Assembly: GCF_000281045.1 (NCBI RefSeq)
Contig: NW_008246070.1
Coordinates: 1,331,845-1,351,844 of the forward strand
DNA from: Saprolegnia diclina VS20
Lineage: Eukaryota
Direction of reading: 5' to 3'
DNA: 20,000 bases
Each line of letters opens with the position of its first letter. Position 1 is the stretch's first letter. The position numbers and the translations under genes are program-made. The notes under the pieces were generated by a model, which worked only from the letters and a program-made list of their open reading frames with translations, made no database searches and was not told the origin of the DNA. Of this stretch, positions 1-10,258 are shown in pieces.

Positions 1-285
1 TCGATGTATTCCCGGCGACGCTAGACGGAATAATTACCTCCAATTAAATCGCGGTTGCCTTTTTTTTATTGGATCCGGATACGCCGCACCCGACGGCTGG
101 CTTTTGGCGCGCGCGCATTGGACCAATGTATGCGGCGACGTCCCACACTGCCAATGAACGCCCGATCGTATCCGGATGATCCCGCCGAGTTCTTAGAAGT
201 GATCGACTAAGCGTATCAACTTTGAGAGACCGATGACCAAGCGCCGAAGGACAACGAAGCAACTTCCGCATCCGCTTGACGCAGC

Positions 286-1456
286 ATGACGACGACCATC
301 CAAGACCTCAAGGCCCGGACCAACGGCCTCGCACTTGGCACTGTTGGCCTCGGCGGCCTCTACCAGCAGCTCCCGGGCGAAGCCGTCGCGGTCGCCACCG
401 AGACCTTCCGCACGGCCTTTGCGCATGGCGTGCGCCTCATCGACACGTCGCCGTGGTACAATAACGCCGAAACAGTCGTCGGCGCGGCGCTGGCGAACCT
501 CGAGACGTCCCGCGACGAGTACATCCTCGTGACCAAGTGCGGTCGGTACCCGAGTCCATTGCACCCGAATGGCGTCTTTGACTACTCGCGCGACCGCATT
601 CGCCAAAGCGTGCACGAGTCGCTGCAAAAGCTCGGGTACGATGCTTCGCCGACCCCATCTGGAGATCTGGAGATGGCATCTTCAAGCTGCGTATAGGACA
701 ACGTACCTCGATGCGGTGTACCTGCACGACGTCGAGTTTGTCGCACGCGAGATTGTGCTCCACACGGCGATCCCGGCGCTCGCCGAGCTCCAGCGCGAAG
801 GTCTCGTGCGCCTCATTGGCATCTGCGGCTACCCGCTCGACGTAATACGACGACGCTGCGTGGCGTGCGTGGCTCACGCCACCTAATAGGTGCTAGACGA
901 TCTCATCCAGAACTCGCCGCACCCGCTGCAGATCGTGCAAAGCTACTCGCATCTGACGCTCCAGAACGACACGCTGCTGGCGAAGGCCAAGGCGTGGGAG
1001 GCCAAGGGCATCTTTGTCATCAATGCGGCGCCGCTCTCGATGAGTCTGCTCACGTCGCGTGGCCCGCCGTCGTGGCACCCTGCCTCGCCGGCGCTGCGTG
1101 CGAGCTGCGCCGAGGCGCTCACGTGGCTGGCCGCCCATTCAAAAGCCACGTATGCGTCGCAGCCGTCTGTCGAGAGCTTGGCCATCCAGTACACGCTCGA
1201 CGTGCAGCGCGCGCATCCGTCGATCGCATGCATGGTCGTGGGCAGTATCGGCGAAGCCGAAGTCCTCTCGTCCGTCGCGTGTCGGGATGCCACGGGGCCC
1301 ATGACGGACGCCGACATTGCCAAGGTAATCCTAGACACCCTCGTCCGAGCGCAGTAGTATTTCATTGTCTATGTCTAGTTCCGTGACATCCTCGGTAGCC
1401 ACTACAACGAGTCGTGGACGCAGGACCTGACGTCGTACGTGGCGCCGCGCCAGTAG
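286..1456 (+). CDS. Aldo-keto reductase, L-galactose dehydrogenase / D-arabinose 1-dehydrogenase-like (~335 aa, 4 exons)
   Basis: Exons 286-635, 697-841, 890-1324, 1379-1456 joined by GT-AG introns 636-696, 842-889 and 1325-1378 give an open frame. Motifs: IDTSPWY (catalytic D/Y), ILVTKCGRY (K), FDYS, LGTTYLDAVYLHDVEF (H), APLSMSLLTSRGPPSWHPA. Confidence 0.88.
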
Positions 1457-1942
1457 TGTAGTCGCTAACATAACCAGTGAGCGATCCACGCCGCTTGCTT
1501 CGTTGCGACTTGGCATTAAGGCCGACTTGCGTCAGGACAGCTCTTGCATCTTGCCCATCATGTGCCAGCTGTAGGGGCGGGCCAGCCATACATACAGCCG
1601 TCGAGACAGCAGCGTGCGACACCGAGTACGCTTCTCGGCGCCGGCGCTCGACGTCGACCAAGCTCATGCTCATCGACCGACGCGCTTCCTGCACGCCATG
1701 CTGGCGCTTGGCGTCCGTTACCAACTCGGCTCGCCGTGGGTGTTACATCGGCGGTGGGTTCCAGCGGCGTAATAAAATAAAATCGACGCGATGTCGCGCC
1801 GCGAGTTTTCTGTATTTTAAAACACGGGGATACTGATGATCTTGGTGTTTGTATGTACTTTAATTCATTGACCTCGGAGATGCGGTTAACGGCTGCGCAA
1901 TATATTCCGAACGTTGAGCAGTCGAGAGATCACTCCGACGCC

Positions 1943-4135
1943 ATGCTTTCCGTGGCCCGCGTCCTGCCCAAGCTCCTGGCCGGCCTCCTTCTCGCGCCGG
2001 CGCTCGTCTGCGCGCAGACCGACTCGTCCACGCAGCCCGCGACGATCCCGCCATGGATCGCCTACGTGACGGGTGGCATCTTGATCGTCATCGTCATGTA
2101 CTACTGCTGCCGCAAGCACAGCTTTGAAGACTCGCTGCAGCAGCCACTGCTCGGCGGGTATCGCGTCATATCGCCAGTGTCGCCGACGCTCATGCGCATG
2201 GCGTAGGCAGTACACGGAAGATGGCCAGCCGCTTACGCGCCAAAACGTGCAAGAATCGTACGTTGCCGCAGCGACAAGAAGATTCGAGTAGGATGATGGA
2301 TGATGCATAGGAAGGAAGAATTGGACCGCCAATGGAAGTGCGAAGTGTGCGACTTTTCCAACAAGCCGTCCACGTCGTCGTGCGTCTTGTGCGGCACGGA
2401 CAAGGGCTTCAAGCTTGGGCTCGGCTCGCCCCGGACGCCGCGCCGCAGCATCTCGACGACCAATTTGAGCAAGTCGGACCTCCTCAACTCGGGCTCGTTC
2501 AACCGCCAGCGCTCGTTTGCGATTCGCCGCCTGAACATGCTCAACTCGCGCCAGCGCGGCGCGCGCAACCGACAGGACTGGGTGCGCAAGGTCGGCGCGG
2601 ACGGGAAGCGGCACTGGGGCAAACGCGAGCCTATTGTGCCGAACCCTGTCGCGCTTGAAGCCGCGAATAGCGCGGAGCTCGTGCACCAGCATTCGCTTGC
2701 GTTCGTGTCGCAGCTCGCGCAGACGCCGCGGCACCCGGAAGGGCGCATGACGTTCAAGGAGTATCGCGAAGTCGACGCGTCCATGGCGTCGCGCGGGTAC
2801 GAGATCTCGGCGCAGGACTTGGAGATTCTCGAGCAAGTGGCGGCGCTGCCCTTCAAGGACAAGTACGATACACGTACCGTATCAGTTCTTAGCGAAACGA
2901 CGTGTTAGGTATTCGTGGTTCCTCGAGCAAACGTCGTCCTTGATCCGGCCGTGGGAAGACGGTCATCTCAAGATGCGCGTCCACCGCGAAAACATCCTCG
3001 TCGAGTCCATGGAGCAGCTCCTCGGCGTGCAAATGGAGCACATCCACATGCCGCTCCGGATCGAATTTATCGGCGAAGTGGCCATCGACGCCGGCGGCCT
3101 CGAGCGCGAATGGTCGACTCGTTTCGTATGCAAGTTGCTCATGATCCCAACATGATAGGTTTGCGCTGGTGACGGAGAAGCTCTTTGACGAGACGATCGG
3201 GCTCTTCATGTGCGCGCACGTCGAGTCGCTGGCGTATGTGATCAACCCCAACAGCATTGAAGCCAGTGCCGACCATCTACTGTACTTTCGAGGCGCGGGG
3301 CGGCTGCTTGGCCGTGCGCTCCTCGAAGGACAGCTCATGAAGGCCCATTTGGCGCTGCCGGTGCTCAAGCACCTCCTCGGGTACGCGTCTGAGACGGACG
3401 TACGGTGCTCATATGACGAGTAGCGTGCCGATTTCGTTTAGCGATTTGGAGTTTGTCGACCACGAAGTGTACCGGAGCATGAAGTGGATGAAGGAAAACG
3501 TCGGCGTCGAAGCGCTCTGCTTGGACTTTAGCGTCACGAACCGCAAGATCAACGGCGACGTCGAGACGATCGACCTCAAGGAGAACGGCCGCAACATTGA
3601 GGTCACCGACGCCAACAAGCTTGAGTACATTTACCTGCGGCTGCGCTACATCATGCTCGAGAGCTTCTCGGAGCAGCTCCAGCACCTCATGGCCGGCGTC
3701 TTTGAGGTGCTTCCGCAAGAACTGATCCTCGTGTTTGACTACCAAGAGCTCGAACTCGTGCTCTGCGGCGTGCCATCGATCGATCAGGACGATTGGAAAA
3801 TGCACACCGAGAGCTCGGAGGACATGCCACCGGAGCTCCTCGGCTGGTTCTGGGAGGTCGTCGGCGCCTTCTCGGACGAAGAGCGCGCGCGTCTCTTGCA
3901 GTTTACGACCGGCTCGTCGCGCGTGCCGGTCCAGGGCTTCAAGGCGCTCACGAGCTACGACGGCCGGATATGCCACTTCACCCTCAAGGCCGTGCCGTAC
4001 CCCGAGAACGCCTTCCCACGCGCCCACACGTGCTTCAACCGCATCGACTTGCCCAAGTACAAGTCCAAGAAGGAGCTCGAAGACGTGCTCTCGCTTGTCA
4101 TCAACATGGAGGTCACGGGCTTCACGGACGAGTGA
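1943..4135 (+). CDS. HECT E3 ubiquitin ligase, paralog 1: signal peptide + TM helix + RanBP2/NZF zinc finger + HECT (~651 aa, 6 exons)
   Basis: Exons 1943-2157, 2207-2257, 2311-2862, 2909-3112, 3159-3380, 3424-4135 total 1956 nt in frame. Zinc finger WKCEVCDFSNKPSTSSCVLC. HECT motifs FIGEVAIDAGGLEREWF, LLQFTTGSSRVP and catalytic PRAHTCFNRIDLP, with the -4 Phe in GFTDE*. Confidence 0.92.
3845..3969 (+). repeat. 125-nt exact direct repeat, copy 1 (copy 2 at 6453-6577)
   Basis: Base-by-base comparison: TGGTTCTGGGAGG...GACGGCCGGAT is identical in both HECT paralogs. Confidence 0.92.
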
Positions 4136-4686
4136 GGATGCGACGACGCTGCGACCGTGTTACCTCGTTGCACTCCCTGTTGCCTACTAATACTATATAC
4201 CTTGCCTCACACTGCATCTTGCCTGCATGCGACCATGTAGAAGGCTGATCGTCGACCAAGCTCCGGATGATAGGAGGCTTCCCACATGCTCCCCATCTCG
4301 TTCGACGTGCATGCAATTTGACCAAACGTTCGAGAAACCGATCCTGCTCCCGCCACTGGGGGCTGATGGCTTGGGCGTCCATCGCGATGACGCCAGAGCC
4401 TCCATGCCCACCGACGGAGGCGACCAGACGCCAGCGGCGACGCTGGCTCGTTTCGCGAAGCCGGTCGCGCCCCGTGTGTTATACGTGCACGATGTGCATT
4501 GTCAAACCTGTTATCACCTGTTAGAACAAAGTTGCATGTTGTTATATTGCTGGTTTGTCGGTTATAACCGTATCACACGTGGGTGTAACTAGAGTGGCCT
4601 GTTTATGACGCGGTGCCACTGTGATGGTGGATTGCTCGAATTGCACATTTGCAAGACGACCTTGTCGGTCGGTTGCTGGGACGATC

Positions 4687-6743
4687 ATGACTCGGACGAC
4701 GCGGCTGCTGTGCGCGATGACGCTCCTCGCGACGATGCCACGCGCGGTCCACGCGCTGAGCAGCGACACGCCGGCGTGGGTCTGGGTGCTCGTCGGCCTC
4801 GGCGGCGCCGGCGCGTTCGTCGCGATCCACTACTGCATCCGCCAGTCGGGCCTCCTCTCGTCATCGTTGCACCACCCGTTCCTCGGCGGGTACGTCGCCG
4901 CCGCCTCTCGCTATGGCCTCAGTGGACGTAGGCAATACACTGAAGACGGCCAGCCGCTCACGCGCCAGAACGTACAAGAGTCGTACGCCACCCGCCCGCA
5001 CGAGATAGGTTGAGACGACGTGATGTGCGTAGGCGCGAAGAGCTCGACGGGCAGTGGCACTGCACAGTCTGCGACTTCCACAATAAACCGTCGGTTCCCA
5101 CGTGCGTGCTCTGTGGGACGGACCAGGGCTTCCAGTTCCGGCTCTCGTCGACGGCCGCCGACAAGCCGCCGCGGTCGCCGTCTGCTGCGTGCCGACAGCA
5201 GTCGTTCATTCGGCGACGCATGAACATGCTCAACGCACGCCAGCGCGGTGCGCGGAATCGGCAAGAGTGGGTGCGCAAGCTCGACACAGACGGGCGGCGC
5301 GTCTGGGCGCGGTCGAGCCATGACGAGGGCCAGCACTCGGTCGCGTTCGTGTCGCAGCTCACCATGTCGCCCAAGCACCCGGAAGGCAAGATGACCTTTC
5401 GCGAGTACCAGGACGTGGACGCAGCCATGTCGTCGCGCGGCTACGTCATCTCGCAAGAAGACCTGAGTGTCCTCGAGGAGGTTGCGACTTTGCCCTTCAA
5501 GGACAAGTATTCTTGGTTCCTCACGCAGACCTCGGCGCTTCTGCACCCGTGGGAAGAAGGCCACTTGAAGATGCGCGTCCATCGCGACAACATCCTCGTC
5601 GAGTCCATGGAGCAGATCCTTGGCATTCAGATGGAGCACATCCACATGCCGCTCCGGATCGAGTTTGTCGGCGAAGTGGCCATCGACGCCGGCGGCCTCG
5701 AGCGCGAGTGGTACATTGTCCGACCCGACAGACAACTTGTCCACACTCGATGCGTGGCGTAGGTTTGCAATGGTGATTGAAAAGCTCTTTGACGAGACGA
5801 TCGGGCTCTTCATGTGCGCGCACGTCGAGTCGCTGGCGTACGTGATCAACCCCAACAGCGTCGATGTGAGCGTCGATCACTTGCTCTACTTTCGGGGCGC
5901 GGGGCGCCTCATCGGCCGCGCACTGCTCGAAGGGCAGCTCATGAAGGCGCATTTGGCGCTGCCCGTGCTCAAGCACATTCTCGGGTAACCTGCTCGTGCT
6001 GCTCGAGGAAGCTAATCATGCATGTGGCTAGCGTGCCCATTTCGTTTAGCGATTTGGAGTTCATTGACCACCAGCTGTACAAGTCGATGCGGTACCTCAA
6101 GGAGCACGACGGCGTCCAAGACATGGGCCTCGACTTTAGCGTCAACCACCGGAAGGCGACGGGCCAAGTCGTCACGATCGACCTCAAGGAGAACGGCCGG
6201 CACATTGAAGTCAACGACGCCAACAAGTCGGAGTACATTTACCTCCACCTCCGGCACGTGATGCTCGACAGCGTCGCGGAGCAGCTGCACCACCTCATGG
6301 CCGGCATCTTTGAGGTCATTCCCCAAGAACTAATCCTCGTGTTTGACTACCAAGAACTCGAGCTCATCCTCTGCGGCGTGCCGTCGATCGACCTCGCCGA
6401 CTGGAAGACGCACACGCAGTGCAACGAAGACATGCCGCCGGAGCTGTGGCAGTGGTTCTGGGAGGTCGTCGGCGCCTTCTCGGACGAAGAGCGCGCGCGT
6501 CTCTTGCAGTTTACGACCGGCTCGTCGCGCGTGCCGGTCCAGGGCTTCAAGGCGCTCACGAGCTACGACGGCCGGATCTGCCACTTCACCCTCAACACGG
6601 TCGCGTACCCCGAGCACACGTTTCCGCGCGCACATACGTGCTTCAATCGCATCGACTTGCCCAAGTACAAGACCAAGCAAGAGCTCGAGAACGTGCTGAC
6701 GCTCGTTGTCAACATGGAAGTCACGGGCTTTACGGACGAGTAG
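4687..6743 (+). CDS. HECT E3 ubiquitin ligase, paralog 2 (tandem duplicate, same architecture; ~621 aa, 5 exons)
   Basis: Exons 4687-4889, 4932-4982, 5033-5710, 5763-5984, 6032-6743 total 1866 nt in frame. Zinc finger WHCTVCDFHNKPSVPTCVLC, HECT with PRAHTCFN, ends GFTDE*. Four intron positions are shared with paralog 1. The start could instead be a later Met of the signal peptide. Confidence 0.9.
6453..6577 (+). repeat. 125-nt exact direct repeat, copy 2 (copy 1 at 3845-3969)
   Basis: Identical to 3845-3969. Confidence 0.92.
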
Positions 6744-6912
6744 TTACTATGTAATTGCTACATGTTGATGGGAGTATTACCTATATGAGTATATCGATAT
6801 ACATGTGGCTGGAGGGTTGTGGTATGTTTTACGCATCGAATTCGTACGTGGCGGTACGAATTAATAATACCAGACGCGATCTTTTGAACAGTCGAGGGTT
6901 TCGACGAGCGAG

Positions 6913-7595
6913 ATGGACCCGTCGCCCGACACGGACGCGTACCTGCGCGCGCAGATCCGCAGCGCCTTCGACATGTTCGACAAGGAGCGCAAGGGCTGCG
7001 TCATCCAAGAGTCCGTCGCAACGCCTGGAGTGGCGGACCTTAAGCCATGGAGATAGGGAAGTGAGCACGATCATGCGGTACCTCGGCGCGTACCCGAGCG
7101 AGAAGGACATCATCAAGAAGATTCTGCCCGAGGTAGATGCTGAGCACGCGCATGTATCGACTGGACGGACGAGTGTAGATGCAAGACGATGAGCCGTCGA
7201 CGTTTGTGACATATGAGAAGTTTGAAAAGAAGATGCTCGAGGTCATGTACAGCCACGAGTACGAGCCCGACTCGGACGAGACGCTCATGGCGGCGTTCCG
7301 CGTACGACGACCATGCCGAGTACAAGGCAGTCATGCAGGTCGCGTGCGTAGGTGCTCGACCCGGACAAGACGGGCTACATCGAAGCCGACGTCATGAAGG
7401 AGCTGCTCTTGACCAAAGGCACGCCCTTCCGCGAGAAGGAGCTCGAAGGTACTGCAGCTTCCATACACGATGCGATCGACAGGCGTAGGCTTTATGCACG
7501 TGGCGAAAGACGCCGACACGGGCCGGATTTACTACGAAGACTACATTTCGCTCGTCACGCAGGAGCTCGACGTCCACGCCGCCAACAACAAGTGA
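6913..7595 (+). CDS. DRC8: EF-hand calmodulin-like protein, dynein regulatory complex subunit 8 (EFCAB2/DRC8)-like (~166 aa, 5 exons)
   Basis: Exons 6913-7010, 7057-7132, 7179-7301, 7352-7448, 7489-7595 give MDPSPDTDAYLRAQIRSAFDMFDKERKGCVIQEEVSTIMRYLGAYPSEKDI...AAFRVLDPDKTGYI...GTPFREKELEGFMHVAKDADTGRIYYEDY. The IMRYLGAYPSE, GTPF and IYYEDY segments are what I recall for the EFCAB2/DRC8 family. Confidence 0.82.
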
Positions 7596-7627
7596 GACTA
7601 ACAACTCCAAAAGCAACTGGGAGCGTG

Positions 7628-8381
7628 TTATAACGTCACGGTGACCTTCTTGACGAGCGGCTTCTTGATGCAGAGGGCCGAGAGGTCCACCGTGACGCGC
7701 GCGACGTCGATGGACGCCTTGCGCTCCAGTGGCGGCTTTGGTGGCGCGCGGGCCGACGGTGAGCTATGGCGCTTCCGAAGCGGCGCGGGTGGCGACGACA
7801 TTGTGTCGCGCGCCCGGTGGTAGCTGCGGTTGAGCTTGTCGTTGATGACCTTTTCGGCCGTCTCGTGCAGGTAGAGCCGACTGCCGCCGCGCTCGAGCAT
7901 GCTCTTGTCATGGCCGTCGCACTCGAGTGCAATCGTGTAGTCTTGGATCGCACGCAGGAATTCGCCCTCCGTGTTGTAGCATCCCGCTCTACAGCCACGC
8001 GTCATGACGATCCTACCATCAAAGGCTACCGGGCGTAGCGGGCCATGACATGGGTCGGGTTGATGCTCAAGACGGTCGAAAAATCGTCATGCGCGCGCTC
8101 GATGAGGCCACATTGGAAGAGCGCCATGCCCCGGCTACATGCAACATACATGATTCCTGGGATGCCTACGAAGGCGCGTGCCTGAAGCGGCCATGGACGT
8201 CGTCGCTCCGGACGTCGAGGATCGCGCTAAAGTCGTCGACGGCCATGGCCCAGCGCTTGGCCTTGAGGCACGCATGGCCCCGGATGGCATGCGTCTTGAG
8301 ACACGACGGGTCTGCCTCGAGCGCGCGGCTGCACTCGGCGATCAGGCTTGCGATCTCGGCCTGCTGCTGCGTGCCCCGCAT
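7628..8381 (-). CDS. Small tetratricopeptide-repeat protein (~221 aa, 3 exons)
   Basis: Exons 8381-8182, 8134-8030, 7988-7628. Three consecutive 34-aa TPR units (LKTHAIRG...RSDD / VHGRFSRG...NPTH / VMARYARA...DGHD) are followed by a basic, Pro-rich tail. The first intron is best modelled as GC-AG. Confidence 0.8.
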
Positions 8382-9158
8382 CCCATACTTTGATGCGGCG
8401 CTAAATTTAGGCGCGCATCGCGTATTTTTACATGTGGCCTTTCGACACGTGCTGCGATCGGCCACCACCCCCTCTCAAGTCTCAAGCCCCGCTCAGGAGC
8501 CCCTCTTAATCCCGACCCTCGACTTGTCAACCGGCGGCAGAGGCCCGCGTTGGCGGACGAAACGCCGGTGACGCTGCTGAACTCTCGTCCCACGGCGGCG
8601 ATCAAACAAGGCGGGTGCGCGTCCCACTGTAAACTCGGACGCAGTTCCTCGTGCACCCGGATCGGATCTTCCTGGGATTAACTGCCGATTGCGATCGCCT
8701 GGCCTTGGCCACTTTGCGCGCCACATCCTTTGGCGCCCCACGGGCAAGCATCTCTGGCGTACGTTCACGCAGCGCGTTCGCTCGTAGCGGATGCTCCAAC
8801 GCGTCGGCGTCGTGGGTCCTGTCGCTTGTGTGTTGGTGGTCTCAGTAATCTGCGATCTTGCAGGTGGACCCCTACTTCCCGTACGTTCATGGATACAAAA
8901 AGTTGATAAAGCGTACGTACAATGCATTGTACGACCGTTTGAACAAATTGAACCCCCCAAGTTGAAGTACTTTTAAGCCACTTGTTCAGATCCTCGCGTG
9001 ATTGGGCGCCCGCGTAATAATATTCATATTCGAACGACTTTTTCTATGCCAGCGACAAGACATGGCGTATTTTATTACGAATCGTCGAAGCTGCCACGCC
9101 GCCGGCCAGTGTGCAATTCGCCGACTACAGCATGGGCACATTTGTTGGCCATCGCGCC

Positions 9159-9848
9159 ATGAGCGCACTCAGCGCAGAGAAGGTCATGCCCAAGGCGCCG
9201 ACGACGCTCAAGCACGGCAAGGTACCCAAGTCCATGGCCTTTGTCCACCTCGTCGTGCGCTCCGTGCGCCCGATCCTCTCGGACGATGGCACCTACATGG
9301 AGTACGACATTGAGATGGCCAACACACGCAACGGCCTCGTGTGGAACATCCGCAAGCGCTTCTCGCGCTTCCTGGAGCTCCAGAGCCAGATCGACGCGCT
9401 CCTCGAGGCCGGCCACTGCCAGCACTGCAGCAATGTGCTCGACCTCGTCCAGGACCTCGAGCTGCCGCCCAAGAAGTGGGCGCTGCGTCTCTTTAGCAAC
9501 TCGGTTGTCGACGATGGCCTCGCCGCGATGCGCGCCCGCCTCTTTTGCGCGTACGCGACGGGCCTCCTTGAGATTGGTGCTGAGAAGCCGCATCAGCAGT
9601 GCCCACTTGTCGCCGAGGGGTACCTCCGGCTCGTGCTCGCGTTTCTAACGACGCCGTCCGTGTACATGGAAATGAACAAAATCAAGCTCGCGAGCCGTGT
9701 CAAGAGCGGCGCGCCGCTCATGAAAGCGCCGCCGCTCGTCCTTCAGCGCGCGCGCAGCGGCGGCAAGAAGATGGCGATGCTCGAAACCATCTTGGAGCAG
9801 GACAGTCGTAGTAGTACAGTAGTTATCATGGACGCGCCGAGCTGCTGA
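9159..9848 (+). CDS. PX (Phox homology)-domain-like protein (~229 aa, intronless; alternative start 9132)
   Basis: PX-like pattern YMEYDIEM...WNIRKRFSRFLEL...LPPKK...MRARLF, with strong GC3 codon bias. Confidence 0.7.
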   Translation: MSALSAEKVMPKAPTTLKHGKVPKSMAFVHLVVRSVRPILSDDGTYMEYDIEMANTRNGLVWNIRKRFSRFLELQSQIDALLEAGHCQHCSNVLDLVQDLELPPKKWALRLFSNSVVDDGLAAMRARLFCAYATGLLEIGAEKPHQQCPLVAEGYLRLVLAFLTTPSVYMEMNKIKLASRVKSGAPLMKAPPLVLQRARSGGKKMAMLETILEQDSRSSTVVIMDAPSC

Positions 9849-10258
9849 CACCCCCAATGCAACGTGTACATACCCTCCTTCGCCTCCTACTTGGTCCCAC
9901 CACACCGCAACGGGACTCGGGGCACACGCTTCTGGCCAGTTGGCTCGTCGCGCAGTCAACGTCTTCGGGTACCTTCGATGTGTATCGACCGACCTTCCTT
10001 GATCACTGTCCACCCGATATGCCCACCCAACCTTCGCCCACGGTCAACGTCCCAGTCCTCATCTCCCACCCACAGCAGTGATGCTGCTGCCTGCGGCAAA
10101 TATGCTTCCTTCCAGCGCCTGACATTTGCACCTGCCATTTTGCCATTTTGCCTGCCAGCGATAAGAACAAAGTTGAATAATTGCCTAATAAACTAGTTGA
10201 TTGCTCTTAATACGTCTACCATAGAAGTTGTTGCATGGAAATACAGGCACGTGTGCAC

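Noticed and set aside
1362..1836. Short ORFs on both strands between the AKR gene and HECT paralog 1
   Set aside because: No motif, weak codon bias and no consistent splice model. The minus ORF overlaps the last AKR exon.
8755..8975. Cluster of GTAC motifs in the TPR/PX divergent spacer
   Set aside because: A 4-mer that is common throughout the window, with no known cognate factor I can support in this lineage.
10118..10158. TGCCATTT tandem repeats in the PX/Myb 3' spacer
   Set aside because: Two or three degenerate copies only, consistent with simple slippage. Not a CRISPR array or mobile element.
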